Shown piece after piece: positions 49,324 through 62,366 of a DNA stretch of 64,000 nt (its first letter is position 1; every line of letters begins with the position of its first letter). Origin of the DNA: Amphiscolops sp. MND2022 (Eukaryota). The DNA is taken from assembly GCA_964187785.1 (NCBI GenBank), contig OZ076413.1:48672001-48736000 (forward strand). Direction: 5' to 3'. Made by a program: the position numbers and the translations under genes. The notes below the pieces were generated by a model, which saw only the letters and a program-made list of their open reading frames with translations, had not been told where the DNA came from and ran no database searches.

Positions 49324-51005
49324 TTTTTTGAATCAGCTTTACGTGAGTTTGATTGGCCTGAAGATCTAGTTTCAGTGTTGGTTGACTTTTTGGACGATTT
49401 CTCATCCCCCGAGGTTTCATCAGCTTTATCTTCGGGTCGTGTCCTTTTGGGACGTAAATGTGCCCCAGCTCCTTTCCAGCACCGTTAAGCAGGGTGATTC
49501 GTTTTCTTGCATGTGGGGCATTCTGGATACGTTGGACATTGGGGCTTTTTGCCGTTTTTGTCCTCCAGTTCTTTTTTCTTTTTCAATTTGGGGCAGCTCT
49601 TATAGAAGTGGCCTGTGGTTTTACAATAAGAGCATTGTGCGTCCTTGTTGGTGTTTATGCCATTAGACAGTAGATTGTTGTTACCAGTGGACGCAGAGGC
49701 CATTGTGGCCATTGGTAAGTCATCTGACTCTTCCAATGCATTGAGTTCAAGCTCTGTTTCAAGATGAGCGACAATTTCTTCGTATGTACCGTTCTCCAGG
49801 CGGGCCATGTTGACAGATCGTTTGAGTTTTGGAGGCAATTTTGCGTACAATAGGCTGTCGATCATGCTCTTTGCATTTTCACCAAATGCTTTTTCTGCGC
49901 CCTGGTTGAGCTCCTCCAAGAAATCCGGCAATTTCATGGTATTTGGGTCGAAGGTCAACCGATGCCATTTGTGTTTTGCCGTTGCTTGGGATTCCAGTTT
50001 GACATATTTCTCCCGGAATATGACCAGCACGTCTTCTAGTGTCTGACGGTTTATAGAGTTTATGTTCTCGAATGTCTGCGGGGCCCCTTTCCTGAGCAAG
50101 GAATGAAAGTGGTTAATTTTCATTTGCTCTGTCATGGCCGGTTGCATTTTAATCATTGTGTGGAACAAATCTTCAAAAAGTTCAAATTTCTCGCATTTTC
50201 CATCAAACGTCATTGGCGTGGTTTGGACTGGTCGGATAGTCATCGTTTGTGGTTTGTTTTGCAAGTTGACCAATACGTCTGCCAGTCGATTCAAAGGGTC
50301 CTGGGGAGTCTCAGTAGCCACTGTTTCTGGAACTGGCAAAGTGGTGTCCAGAGAGACATTGTGGTTTGATTGCTGTCTCTCCAGGTTTGGGATTGAGTGG
50401 ATTCGTCCGGTGAGAAATTCGGGAACTTGCTGTTGGGCTTCGTTAGCTCCTGTCACCATGTAAGAGCCACGTCCCGTGGTGTCTCTCAAATCACCAACGG
50501 ACCGTGAGTCCTTTTTCAATATTTTTGTTTTCAAGCCAGATGAGTTTTCCCTATTCTCCTGACTACTAGGGGACAAACTGGCCTCAGTGTCCCTGTTCCC
50601 TGAAGATGACATTGAACTCACAATGTTTTGGATTTCTGGGATCACCCTTTCTGATATAGCAGTACTAATTGCTCTGTTTATTTGGTTATGGACCATGGAC
50701 ATCATGGAATCCATCTCTTGGGACAATCTAAGGTTGAATTCATTTGTAAAAGTTTCAAAGGACTGTCTAAATTCATTGTGCCTCATCGGCTCATTTTCGT
50801 GTACGAAGCTATAATTGTTCCTTTGGTACTCATTTCCCTCATAGTCTCCTTGGACAGAGGACTGTTCGATTGCAGCTGCTAATTCTCTCTCAATAGGATT
50901 TTCGCTCCCATTACCTAACATTACGTCCAAGTTATCTATATCGGACATCATGTCCATCTCTCTAGACTTTCTTGCCTTAGCTTTCTGACTTCTTGTGGAA
51001 GGCAT
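49320..51005 (-). CDS. Gypsy gag (premature TAA at 49485; natural stop at 49320-49322)
   Basis: 506-aa ORF with CSYCKTTGHFYKSC and CPTCKKTNHPA*RC knuckles; the second copy has GAA at the premature stop position. Confidence 0.88.
49323..49329 (-). promoter_or_regulatory. -1 ribosomal frameshift slippery heptamer A AAA AAC
   Basis: gag ends TCA AAA AAC TAA; the -1 frame reads LISPRLQMSNHM into the protease ORF; conserved in the second copy (35481-35487). Confidence 0.8.
50447..50458 (-). promoter_or_regulatory. Gypsy primer-binding site TGGTGACAGGAG (tRNA-Leu-like)
   Basis: TGG immediately after the LTR-terminal CA; one mismatch to the TGGTGTCAGGAG complement of animal tRNA-Leu(CAG); repeated at 36611-36622 and 55644-55655. 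Confidence 0.7.
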
Positions 51006-52065
51006 AAATGATTGTACTAGAGGTAATATTTAAATTATTCTAGTAACCAGTTATTAACAACGAAACGGTTAATAATTTGTATCTGAGTATTATCAAAAAT
51101 AGTGAACTGATAATATTGCGGTTTGTCAAATTGTGTCCCTGAGGACAGCTAGTCCTGGGTATTTATAGTTAGGGCGGAAGTGATGATCTAAGTTCAGGGT
51201 GTCATGCATCTATTTTTAGAATATAAAGGCTAAAAATAGCACCGTGACATCATCATCGAGCTAAATATATACATCAAAGGGCTAGCGGTAGTTGAATATT
51301 TATATGGCCTCCATGGCTACAATGACAATGACAGCCAAGAATTACATATGTTTACATGTAAAGGCAACAATTCATGTATCATACTCTATAATATGTCTTT
51401 TCTAGCCGTTTTAGACTAAAAGCAATATAAAATGATATCTAAAATAATAAGCATCAACATTCTAATTTTGTACTTTCAGAGTACAAGTAGGTTCAAGTAT
51501 CCACTTTGTCTTATTACAGCAACTAGTAGAGCAGCTTTCAATCATTTAAAATAATAGCATCGTCGGCTTGCGTCAAAATAGACACGCTGTCCTTTATTTA
51601 TTTGCAGATTTGTGAAAGCCAAACACGGTGCTCGCACAAGAATAGCCAAATAGGTATGGTTGTAATAATAATGTACTTCACTGTGATTGGTTAAAATCAA
51701 TTTGGACTGCTTGGCCGCAGCGACAGGAGAGGAAACATTTGAACTCGTTTCCTCTACCTGTACGCCTTGGTGTCCAATTTCTCAATTACCGTATACATTT
51801 ACATATTGAAATATTCAAATGTATGTTTTACATAACAATTCCTGAATAGTTATTGCAAAACATTTCAGATTTAATATCGTAAAAGCCACAAGTAGAGTGT
51901 TATACATGTAAAATCAATTATAAGAAAACAAGTTTGTAGTTTAACTTTCATGGCTTCTGAACTAGCAGTCTTTCCTTCAGTTTATTGGGAGAGTAACTGG
52001 AAGTTCTTGATAGCAGCTATAACATATAGTATAGTAGTTTCCATCGCAGGCGGCAGCCCGCGACA
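50459..52065 (-). repeat. Gypsy 5' LTR (~1607 bp) containing the gag start codon
   Basis: TG...CA ends; direct repeat of 36623-38234; TATAAATA on the element strand at ~51160-51167, upstream of ATG 51005. Confidence 0.85.
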
Positions 52066-54359
52066 ATGCAACCTGCACTTTAACTGATTCTCTACAATTT
52101 TTCCTCATTGTCTGAGAATCCCTCTCGGCCTCGAATGTTTATAAGTATTTTCAAAATTATGAAAAAGGGCTAATTTACTGTATCTTGAACTCGATTCCCG
52201 AAGAATACAGATCTGAGGGTTTCTAAAATAATCTAGTCTGATGATTGCACAGTGTCTTTTATTCACCTGATTAGAATGTCGGTGAAGTTTAATAATCTCA
52301 CTGCTTCATCGCTGAGCCAATATATTGATGATTGTCCAATGAATCCATACAATTGCTTGTGTATAAAGCGATTCCGGGCTTATCTTTCAACCACAAAAAC
52401 CGAACAAAATGTTACATCTTTTCTTAAGACAAATCCTTTCATCAATGATGCCCGTGTAAAACTTTGCACGATGTTATATCCAACCCTTTAATTAGTTTCG
52501 AGACAGTTTATGAGAGCAGTGCAAGCAGTTCTGTGCAAGCAATGAAGCCACAACTACAGGAGGCAATGAGTTATGGTGTTGTTGCCTTCTATTTGCAAAG
52601 ATCTAGCGCAGAGACAATTCTTTTGGAAATCCTTCCACCAATCACATCAGTCGGCCTGATGTACCTTAATATGAAACGAATTGTCTGTAGGTCTTTTCCA
52701 CCACACCAGATGATGCAAGTTCATCTTCATGGCAAGATTGAGGCGAAATTCCTTCAACTCATACAAGATGTCACAACTTTGGATACAATCTCTTACTTGC
52801 CGAACAAATACAGGAGTGGTGCGAAAGATCGTCCTTTAAACAAAGAAGACGGGGTGAAATGCAAGAAGAGTAAAATCATTCATCGGTTGTTTTCACTGGT
52901 GATTCAAACTTTCATGTAATTGCATGGAGTTTTAGACTTAGCAAAAAGTCCTATTCAAACAATTCCGTTACACGTTTTGAACTTTTACAACATTCTAATT
53001 CACCTCAAGCACTGGCCTTGGGAGTTAGCGTGCGGTCTGAGGATTTTCCTCGGCCTTGGTGAATGTTTTGTAAGCATTGTAACTGTTTTCTTGCTTAAAG
53101 TTCTTCACTGGCATGTTATTGTAAATGAGGATCTGAACTCAGATGATAGTTGTGAGGCTGAGAACAAATGAGATCAGCGTGGTGTGGAAAAGACTAAAAC
53201 AAAAAATAGTGATGTTCTAGGAAAAGTCACTTTTTGTCGTTTATCACGTTTTGAAGTTTCTAGAGTGAAAATGATTGTTTATGTCCTGGGAATTGCCTGA
53301 ACGACCTCACGGAAGTGTTGCATAGGCGGAAAAAGACTAATTCTTTGCATCGTGCTAGATGCAGAAACAGCGCAATTTTTTTGGAAAACTGTTGGCCACT
53401 CTAAATTGTCGGGTCCTGCAATAATTTGCGGGAAAGAAAGCTCCCTTACATGATGTCTCTCTGTCAAGGAGCCAACATTGATAAGCGCAGAGTGCAAAGA
53501 GGAGGCTTGAGGATTCAGAGGATTGTTCGAAAAAGCGAATTTTGGTAAAAAAAAAATTGTAGATGAAAGTTTGCGATCGGGGGACAAAGGGAAAAGACTG
53601 AGCCGCACCGAGAGTGCAATTTTTCAGTGTTAACAATTCAGGGTTTTGCTTGAGCAGTTGGGGCGATAACCCAGCGGCCATCACAAAGTCACTTGACACG
53701 CAATGCACGATATTAGAAACGTCGAAAATGTTGTGATTGTAAATACTGATATTTGATGGCCAACAAATTGTAAATGTTTCCGCAAGTACCTGTTGCAATT
53801 TCGCTTTTTTTGTTTCGATGTTACTGGATTTTTGGACGAGGCCGCAGCGTTTTGATTCTGATCCAATCTGAATTGTATGTCGCCCAACGTTATGGTTCTG
53901 GATGTTCTGGACGTCGGCTTAAACTGAGTGTCGCGAGCAAAAGATACTCGTTTAGATGCTAGGCGTGACAAACGACGGTTAGTACTCTGAAAGTCGTAGC
54001 TATGTGCTGATGAAGCTCTCACGTGATGGGAGACATCGAGTTCAGGTTGATTTGGTCTTGAACGAAGTGGCGTTCGTACGTCAGGTTCGACTTCAATTTC
54101 AGGCGTCCCAATTGTCAAAAGCGGCGTAGCATTCTGCACTGTCAGAGGGACTGATAGCGTGACACTCACAGATGCTGGGTTTTTTGTCGTCTTTTTTCAG
54201 GGCCCCTCCTCGGTGGTGCCAGAATGGTGCTTACCCGGGTTGACCTGACATGCAAACCATAAAATTTTTCCATATATGGAAATTAGTTGCCATACAAAAA
54301 AAACATTTCATGTTCTTGCTATGACTTTAATGTTTTCCATATATGATCATTGTATGGAT

Positions 54360-54630
54360 TGCATGATTTCATATAACTGTATGGCCCTTTTATGGAAACC
54401 ATGCTTTCAAGTATGACCCTTTTATGGAAACCATGTTTTCAAGTATGACCCTTTAATGGAAACCATGTTTTCAAGTATGGCCCTTTTATGGAAACCATGT
54501 TTTCAAGTATGACCCTTTCATGGAAATCATGTTTTTTGAAGTATGGTCATTCTATGGATACCATGTTTTTTAAGTATGGCCCTCTTATGGAAATCATTTT
54601 TTTTGAAGTATGGCACTTTGATGAAACCTG
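54360..54630 (+). repeat. 32-bp minisatellite (~7-8 degenerate units)
   Basis: atggaaaccatgttttcaagtatgaccctttt-like unit starting at 54392, 54424, 54456, 54488 and onward. Confidence 0.88.
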
Positions 54631-55010
54631 CTCTTCTGTTACTATCCTCACAAAATACAAGTCATATTAGAACTCATCATTTTTTCTGGAAGTGGCACCA
54701 TTCGCTAGAAGCTCAACATGATTTGAACACAACAACGGACCAAAAACATGAAGTTGAATATTTAAAAAAAAAAACAAAAACGTAATCGAAAAAAAATCAA
54801 GGAAAAGAAAAGAAAAAATTTTCATAAAGCAGCATATTTCTGAGGAGTTTAGCCCATCTGTAGCAAATATTCGTTTTCGAAACGTCTTTTTCGTCCAGAT
54901 TCACAGTTCGTCTCTGAGCCCAGTGCCACAATCCCAATCTGCACTGCAAAAAAATGTCAAGTTTTCGAGATCCAACAAAAAACCATGTCCGGGACCTCAA
55001 AAACCTCCAA

Positions 55011-55546
55011 TTTTTCGAGAATATCGTAGCCAGCTGCCACATAGCCGACACTAATATCCACAAAATGAAGCACTTTCGGAAAAAAATCAAAGTAAACCAA
55101 ACAAACAACGAAAAAACTCTTAAGACAGTTTTACGGAAATTTCGAGAATATTCCAAAAGTCAGACCGAGACGTCTGAATCTTTCGTTTTGTGAAAAACTA
55201 ATAGAGAAGCGCTTTTAAAGCGGACGCATTTGAGACAGTACAAATATCAGAACCAACAAAAAGAGAGTGAAGCAGACACACAACTCATGAACAACTAAAC
55301 TGAAGACTTGCAGGTTTTCAAGATCCATTCAAAAACCAAGTCAGGACCTAGAAAACTTCCAAAGTTTTCGGGAATATCGTAGCCAACTGCCACACAGCCG
55401 ACCCTGATACCCACAAAATGAAGCACTTTCAGAAAAAAATCAAAGTAAACCAAACAAACAACGAAAAAACTCTTAAGACAGTTTCACGGAAATTTCGAGA
55501 ATATTCCAAAAGTCAGACCGAGACGTCTGAATCGTTCGTTTTGTGA
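55011..55546. repeat. ~185-bp direct repeat pair (~55011-55194 and ~55364-55546)
   Basis: atatcgtagcca.ctgccaca...gaccgagacgtctgaatc.ttcgttttgtgaa present twice. Confidence 0.85.
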
Positions 55547-55641
55547 AGTGTGTCGTCAATGAAGCGAACAGCGCTGTTCGTCTCGTTGCAAAGATGTCCA
55601 AGTTGATGGTGAAAGGATTAGAAGTGAGGGTTGCTGCATCT

Positions 55642-55710
55642 CACTCCTGTCACCATGTAAGATTTTTGAAACTCTCTTCTATCGTTCGTTCTATTTTTCT
55701 TCTTTACATG
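55642..55710 (-). mobile_element. PBS + LTR-end remnant of a third Gypsy-like element
   Basis: ...TCTTACA|TGGTGACAGGAGTG, the same junction as in the large Gypsy; interrupted by a HINE at 55711. Confidence 0.5.
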
Positions 55711-56200
55711 TTTTTTTTATTTTCCGCCCATATTTCATATGGGAAAGGAAAATATTTAAATCAAACGGGTTTTTTTTTTTTTTTACAAAATTTGCCAAGA
55801 TTTTATTTATATTTAAATTTAAGGGTGTTACCCATAGAATTCAACCCACATAAATTTAGCTTCGTGCGATATGTATTTGTAGAGATTTTTGAAGTTTTTT
55901 TAAAAAATGACGAAAATGACGAAAATGACCCCTTAATGACAAAATGACCCCTTAATGACAAAATGACCCCGAAAATGACAAAAATTCCCAAATTTCTCAT
56001 TTTTAAACATTTTTATGCAATTTTTGCCATTTTTTGAGACACCGCGAATTAGAAAAATGGACAAGATGAATCGAAGCTTTCTTTTCTTCGAACTTCTCAG
56101 CGTTTTTATAGTGCATTAGTTATTCTTGAGCCTCAAATTTATGTAGTTGTAGAACAGTTCGGGGCGGAAAATATCCCGCTCCTCAGCGGGCGTCTTGTTT
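55711..56200 (+). mobile_element. Helentron-type non-autonomous element, family A, short copy
   Basis: subTIRs at 55719-55729 / 56162-56172, hairpin cccgct-cctc-agcggg, T-rich ends; both termini shared with 21531-24430. Confidence 0.72.
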
Positions 56201-56429
56201 AAGTTACGAATCGGATGCTAGGTCGAGCAACTCTTTTAACAAGGCAGAAAGCAACTTATTTTTATTATCCCTCTTCGGCAATAAATATATTGGCATCAAA
56301 TGGTAATGATAAATTTTAAAGGGTATGTGTTTCAGGTCAATGATTTATTCTCACTTTTCGGGAATGAATTTCTTGAATGAATAGCAGTAATCAAGTTCAT
56401 TTAGTTTTCTTCATTCTTTCAGCGAAGGC

Positions 56430-59400
56430 GTTTGACGTATGAATTCAATTTCCTTTCCAAAGTCCAAGTACCAAGATCGCTGAACAAGTTGACATTCAGC
56501 CCCAAGGTGGAACTGTTCATGATCATGAACCGAATTGATTCTTGTCTCCGTGAGGGTCACGCCATATCCCTTCAAGTTTCTGGTCCACTTTGCTTTGGAG
56601 TACGGACATTTCGTTGCAAAAATTGACCTTTTCAACAACGTATGTTGGAAGTTTTCACCAACTGTAAACTTCTGCGAAACGAAGACTCCTATACACAACA
56701 AGTCGTTTTCGTTTTGATAAAGCGCTACGTTCAGAAAGATCTGAAGTACGTTTCTGATGCAAGTCGCTCTGATCGCGATATGGTTTCCAGATCTGATGTC
56801 TTCACAAATCTTGTCACAAGTAACTCATTCCGCAGAGAAGCCTTACCGTCAACACTGCAGAGCGAAATTCCGGAAACCGAAGAATTTGATTACATCGTTC
56901 ACCAAGCTGAAAACGAGAAAGTTGTGTTCAAGGATAATTATTCAATCCTGCACTAACATCTCTGCAGAGATAAAAAGACATTTTCATCAAGGTACAGTTT
57001 TCCTTCCCTGGACCTACCGGTCAGTGAGATGCTTCATACAAATTTCAACAACGTGTCTCCAGATGTGTGTTAGACAAATAGTGTCAAAGCACAGGCGGTT
57101 TTGTTGAATATCAAAACGTTTTGGGACGCCCAGAAAGTGACAAAGCACTAGTGTGTACAATGATTTTTCTGCAAGGCGTTGCCCAACATTTCAATTGCGC
57201 CAACAACTGCTGTAGTGGTGAATGTGCACAGCAACTTAAAGTCTAAATCCAAGAATTTTTTGAGACCTTGTCCAAAGAAGTCCGAATTTTTGGCCAGCCA
57301 GGGCAATAGGTCTCTAATCAGGGATGTGACCTGTTTCGCTGAACTGGAATGTCTTCTGTCTTGTTAATTGAAGAGATTGAGATTGGCCAACATAACTCAA
57401 TGTAATGGAAATCGCGGTCAAGACTGTGTGGAAAACAAGCTTCCACTGGGTGGTTCTCACAATAACGATTGCCTACCCGTGTATTTCTTCACAATATAAG
57501 TGGCGCGTTCTGGTGGGGCCCCACACGCGCGCAGGGGGAAAACTTCTTGAAACATAGTGGAACAGCCCAAAATTTCACAACAGAAGTTCTCAGCAACGAT
57601 GCTATTTATGTTATGTCACGAAACACCGAAACGAACAATCCAAGTACAAACCAAAAAGTTAATGTTGAACATGGAGAATCCGATACTTCCGATAAAGAAT
57701 CTGATTATGACGATTTTGCATTCGTGAATTTTGCCACACTGGCCAATTTAAATTGTGGCACGATCTTTACAGATCCTCAAGGAAAAAAGGCTCACAGATC
57801 TGTACAGATTCTCAAGGAAAGCTCAACATGGGTTAAGAATGCAACTAAAAAGTTTTGCAAAACTCGGATAAATCCCATTTTTTAAACTCAATTGAACAGA
57901 CAGCACCAAGACATGTGTTCCTCAATTCGAACTGTCATGTATCAGAGGGACGTAGTCTTAAATACGACAAAAGCAAAAGCTCATCACGTTTCCCACACAA
58001 CATTCTGGCGTCAACGCCGGGCAACTCCATTCCACTACTTTACACTGATGCAGCAGTTCTTTTTCCAACACAATATTATCATCAACAGCCTGACAATACT
58101 GTAACTGATGCACTTCAAGCCCCACTATTCAATCAGAAACAAAGTGATTATTTTAATTTCGCATATATGGAGAATCATAACGATCTGCTTCATCAAACAC
58201 AAACCTTTTACAATCAGAAGTCCTTTGACAATTTTAACAAAGGCTGTTTTGAATCGAAGATTCCAAGAAGTATCAGAAAAAACGGGAGTCAATTGCACCA
58301 GACAGTACAAAATTGCAGTTTGATAAACCTGATTCACGTATACGTGTTGATGAGTTGGCAGCGTTACTGTCAAAAGAATCAGCAACATTTTTCTTGATAC
58401 TAAAAAGCAATCAAAAACCATTTTGGTGTCGCGTCATTTTTTGAAGCGTTGGGGAAAAGTATGACAGAAATAACAAAGAAACTGAGAAAGGACCAGTTCA
58501 GTCTAAAAGAGTTATGTTCACACGTGCATGGTACCGAGCAACAGTAGCTTTGAAGGAATACATTGAGACATCACAAGATGGAGTACCACACATTGAGATG
58601 GAGTACCGAAACATCCACATTCGAATGTACATAATGCACCATCTTACCATATCGAGGAAGGTTTAGAGAAATTTTTTCCTTGATTAACAGTTCGTTCAAA
58701 ACACGAGATAGTAGTTAAGAAAAAACCAGTGCGCTTCGAGGCGGCAAATAGGAATCCTTCTTCATCAATTCAACACCTTCCGGAATTTAATGTTCTTACT
58801 TTTGTTTTCACAAAACTTTCATTTATGTGACGATTATTTGTCTGCAAAGTACATCATAAAATATACTGCAGGAACTGAAAAGACAGCTGATGCACGAAGA
58901 GACCATATTACGTTCAGCTAAATCAAAGTAAAAACATGGTGTGAACAATATAAAAACTCCACTTCAAAGATTAAAAATAGGAACAACAAAAATTCAAAAA
59001 TTAAAAATAGTTACAATAAAAACACATTTGGTTGAAAGAATACCTCGTCCAACTTATCTGGTGGCTGTTGTAATTCAACTACATGTACAACTATTCGGTT
59101 TCTTTTGTCCACCTGTCCACTCAAGAAAGAACTTCACATGGTAAATGTAGCGTAGCAATCACCAACTTCAACTTCCAGTAAGACTGCCAATTTATATCAC
59201 CTAAATATAAACTTTACCAATGGAAAAACAGTTTGACCAGTCTCAAGTTACTTTCAGTGGGAAATATCTTATGCGGTGAATTCTCAAACTAAAATTTCGA
59301 TTTTCAAAGGACGCCCACAAGCACTTATTTTCGTGGACATTATTCCACGGTACTTCACTTGGTTCACACGTTGTAAAGTAAAGAACTCAGAAAAGATAAT

Positions 59401-61500
59401 ATCTATTGATTTTAGCACTTCACAATGGAAAGATGTTTTTGGTTAGGTAGTTTATTTACGTATGTTATTCGGATGAATTTGCACTAAATTTTAGGGAAAA
59501 GCTACAATAGAAGGAAAATACAATAAGCACAGATTCAACATGGACACTGCAGTACTACTACAAAAAAGTCAACAAAGAACAAGTTCAAGTAGTTACATAC
59601 AACAATATTTCAGCAAACCCGGATAAGTTACTCATTCATTGTGTACTGTCGAATGGCGGTTTGAAACTGAAAATAATCTTTTCAACCACACCAATTTTGC
59701 AAGTGTTCAAACAGTGTCACTTACTGCCAAATAATACTGAAACATACATTAGAGAAAATGGTTACAGACTAATAAACATTATGTATTGACAGAAAACACA
59801 TTGACGACTTGTGCTCTACTTTACACTGTGAGATATCAGAAGACGCAGACGTTTCATATCAAATTTTCAACACTCAAGCACGAGAGCGATGTGTTCAAGA
59901 ATGTCTTTTGAATGATGCGTTGTCAGCAATAAGATGTCATCAACATTTCATTGACGCAACTCGAGAGAATCCATTCATCTATAGCTTCCCCTTCCGCGAG
60001 ATCCAGGACAGTCATACGACTCATAGACATTCCAGAAACTGGTTTAAAAGAATGGTCTCAGAAAGCTAGAACGCATTGCTGGTGGAGACACAATTTTCAA
60101 ATTATCAATTGTTCCCTGGTCGACTAGGTAGCGGCAAAACAGTGTGCAGCTTGAATTTTTCAGGAAGCCGTAGCCATAGGATTAAAATGCGCAGCAACTT
60201 GAGTGGACAACGTGCAGAACACTAGTAGTGAATTTGTGCATGAACTGTTCAAAGTTCGTGTGAACAAAAGGAAAGTGCCAGAGTTTTAGGCAAGCCAGAG
60301 GATAACGTCGTTGTTAAGAGGCGTAACCTGTTTTAGTGACCTAGAACGATTGGACATTTTTTAATGATGAGGTAGGACAACTAAATAATTAAGTTTTCTG
60401 TACTATGGAACTAGTTTTGTAAAGCATCCGAGACAATAAATTGCCAATGGGTAGAGAATTTACATGAACGACTGGCGCCTCAAAACAATTGAAAGTACCT
60501 GGTGGCTTTTTATTCTGGCGTTCACCAAAAGCTGACAAATTTCTACATTTTCCACTTCACACACTATGTTCGCGCAGCTCCTGGACTTTTATGGAAATAC
60601 TAGCAAGATTGGACAAAACTGACATCACTAGTAACAAAGTGTCTGAAATGACTTCATATTGCATTTTGAAAGCATCATCGAAGTCATACTTAACTTTGCC
60701 ATGAGAGTTTTCAGCACAAGAGCAACGGATCAGCAAGCTGTGAAACATACAGATAAAATAACGAATGACCCTTCGATATTATGTCACATTTGATGCGAAT
60801 GATGAAGAGAGCTCGACGGGATCCTCAATTTGGCTTCAAGCAAGTTCACATAAGTCTCCTTACATGCATGTAAGGACAATCCATGGACAACCACTCCATC
60901 ACTGCTAACAAAATCTAACTTATAAAGGAGTTACTATTTGATTTACATCTAACATTGCAAATATTCACGCTAGACAAGGCTAACAAGATACTATTTCGGA
61001 AAGACCAACTGCAACTCCCACAGACTTAAAAGTTTTCCTTGCGCCTCCTGGTTGTAGATCCGCTATTACCTTCGAAGAAAACTCTTTAATTGGTTCAGGC
61101 TGGAGAAAAATTGTTGTTACAAAAGATTACAAGATTACATGCACTCAACAAAAAACTACTTTTTTCGTCGTTTTTTTTTCAAATTAAAACGAATGTTGCT
61201 TCAACTATCCACAAATGCATAGTGGACACGTTTCCGAAAATTGTTACTGAATTTTCTCTCACAGTCATGAACTTTAAAAAATTTGGGAAAGGAACAGCTT
61301 CTAGTGTTGCTTGATCGAGTTTTTAAACTTCAAGATAATACTTTTGTTAGGAATGAACAAGACTTACATACAACATTTGTACAATCATCATTTTGGCACA
61401 GTGCTTCTGAGGATAAGATTTCGGTCTTGTAGAAAACAATGTAGAACGTATTTACATTGATTAAAATCTACTCTGGATCGGTTCTGATGTATTCACTGCA
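56430..61500 (+). pseudogene. Highly decayed Helitron/Helentron Rep-PIF1 helicase gene; boundaries approximate
   Basis: Collinear motifs: YLSAKYIIKYTAG (~58835, Rep Y2-like), Walker A GRLGSGKT (60118-60141), DEVGQ (~60366), LPMG (~60441), ASTIHKC (~61198); many stops and frameshifts. Confidence 0.6.
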
Positions 61501-62366
61501 AATTGAATTTCTGGTTTTCTTTCTAGTCCTTCTGACTTTGTCCATTATTGCGTTAAATCTCTTTTTGAGGCCTTCAAGGCTAACTTCAATATGCGTAATT
61601 GTATTCTTTTTAATTGCAGTATCGACGACTCTCATTTTCATTTTTTAAAATAATTTTCAGGTGATTCGGTTGTTCAAATTCAGTGTACAAAGATTTTCTA
61701 ATGTTCTCACTATCTTCTAAACGAGTGATAAAAGTGGCACTTGTAAGGACTTGTCCAGAACTTGACAAGTCCTTGCCAGTCCCTGGGAATCCTTGGCAGT
61801 CCCGGAACTAAAGTTTTTGTTAGTAAGGGTGGTCTGAGACTAAATTTCCTAAATTGGCTGTTGTTGATGGTAGGTTTTATTTGAATTGGTGGAATGACCA
61901 GTGGTATGACCGCTAAGCGTAATCAAGATATCGCCGCTAATGAATAAAAGCAGTGACTAGCTCTAGCAGAATAACAACTTCAATTTTCATTCAGATTTCC
62001 CAGCGTTGAACAAAATGCGGCCAGAGGTCAAAAATGGAGACCCTTTTTTTGATCATCGTTTTTAGACTTCTTGAAAAAATCATTACAGCGGCGTTTCGCT
62101 TACCAATTGAATCCTGGAATTCAGCAAAACAGCTGTTTTGGGAACAAAACGTGAACCGTTGTCTTTTTGTTCCCAGAACAGCTGCTGTGCTGAATTTCAG
62201 AATTCTGTGGCAGCTTCGCGGGAAAATTTTCGATAGAGCGACGGTAACTATTCGTAGCGATAACTACAAAGAACGGCAGCTAGCGATAGCGTTCAACTCG
62301 AGAAGTGATCAAAGTAAAGTACGGTGGAGAACCATAAAAAGTGTATTGTACAATAGCACCATTTCA

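Larger units (their letters stand above)
36623..52065 (-). mobile_element. ~15.4-kb Ty3/Gypsy LTR retrotransposon with long LTRs and a ~6-kb accessory region
   Basis: LTRs TGTCGCGG...CTCTTACA, PBS, PPT, gag with two CCHC knuckles, pol in PR-RT-RH-IN order. Confidence 0.93.

Noticed and set aside
54360..54630. 32-bp periodic repeat as a CRISPR array
   Set aside because: Units are contiguous with no unique spacers, there are no cas genes, and the context is eukaryotic
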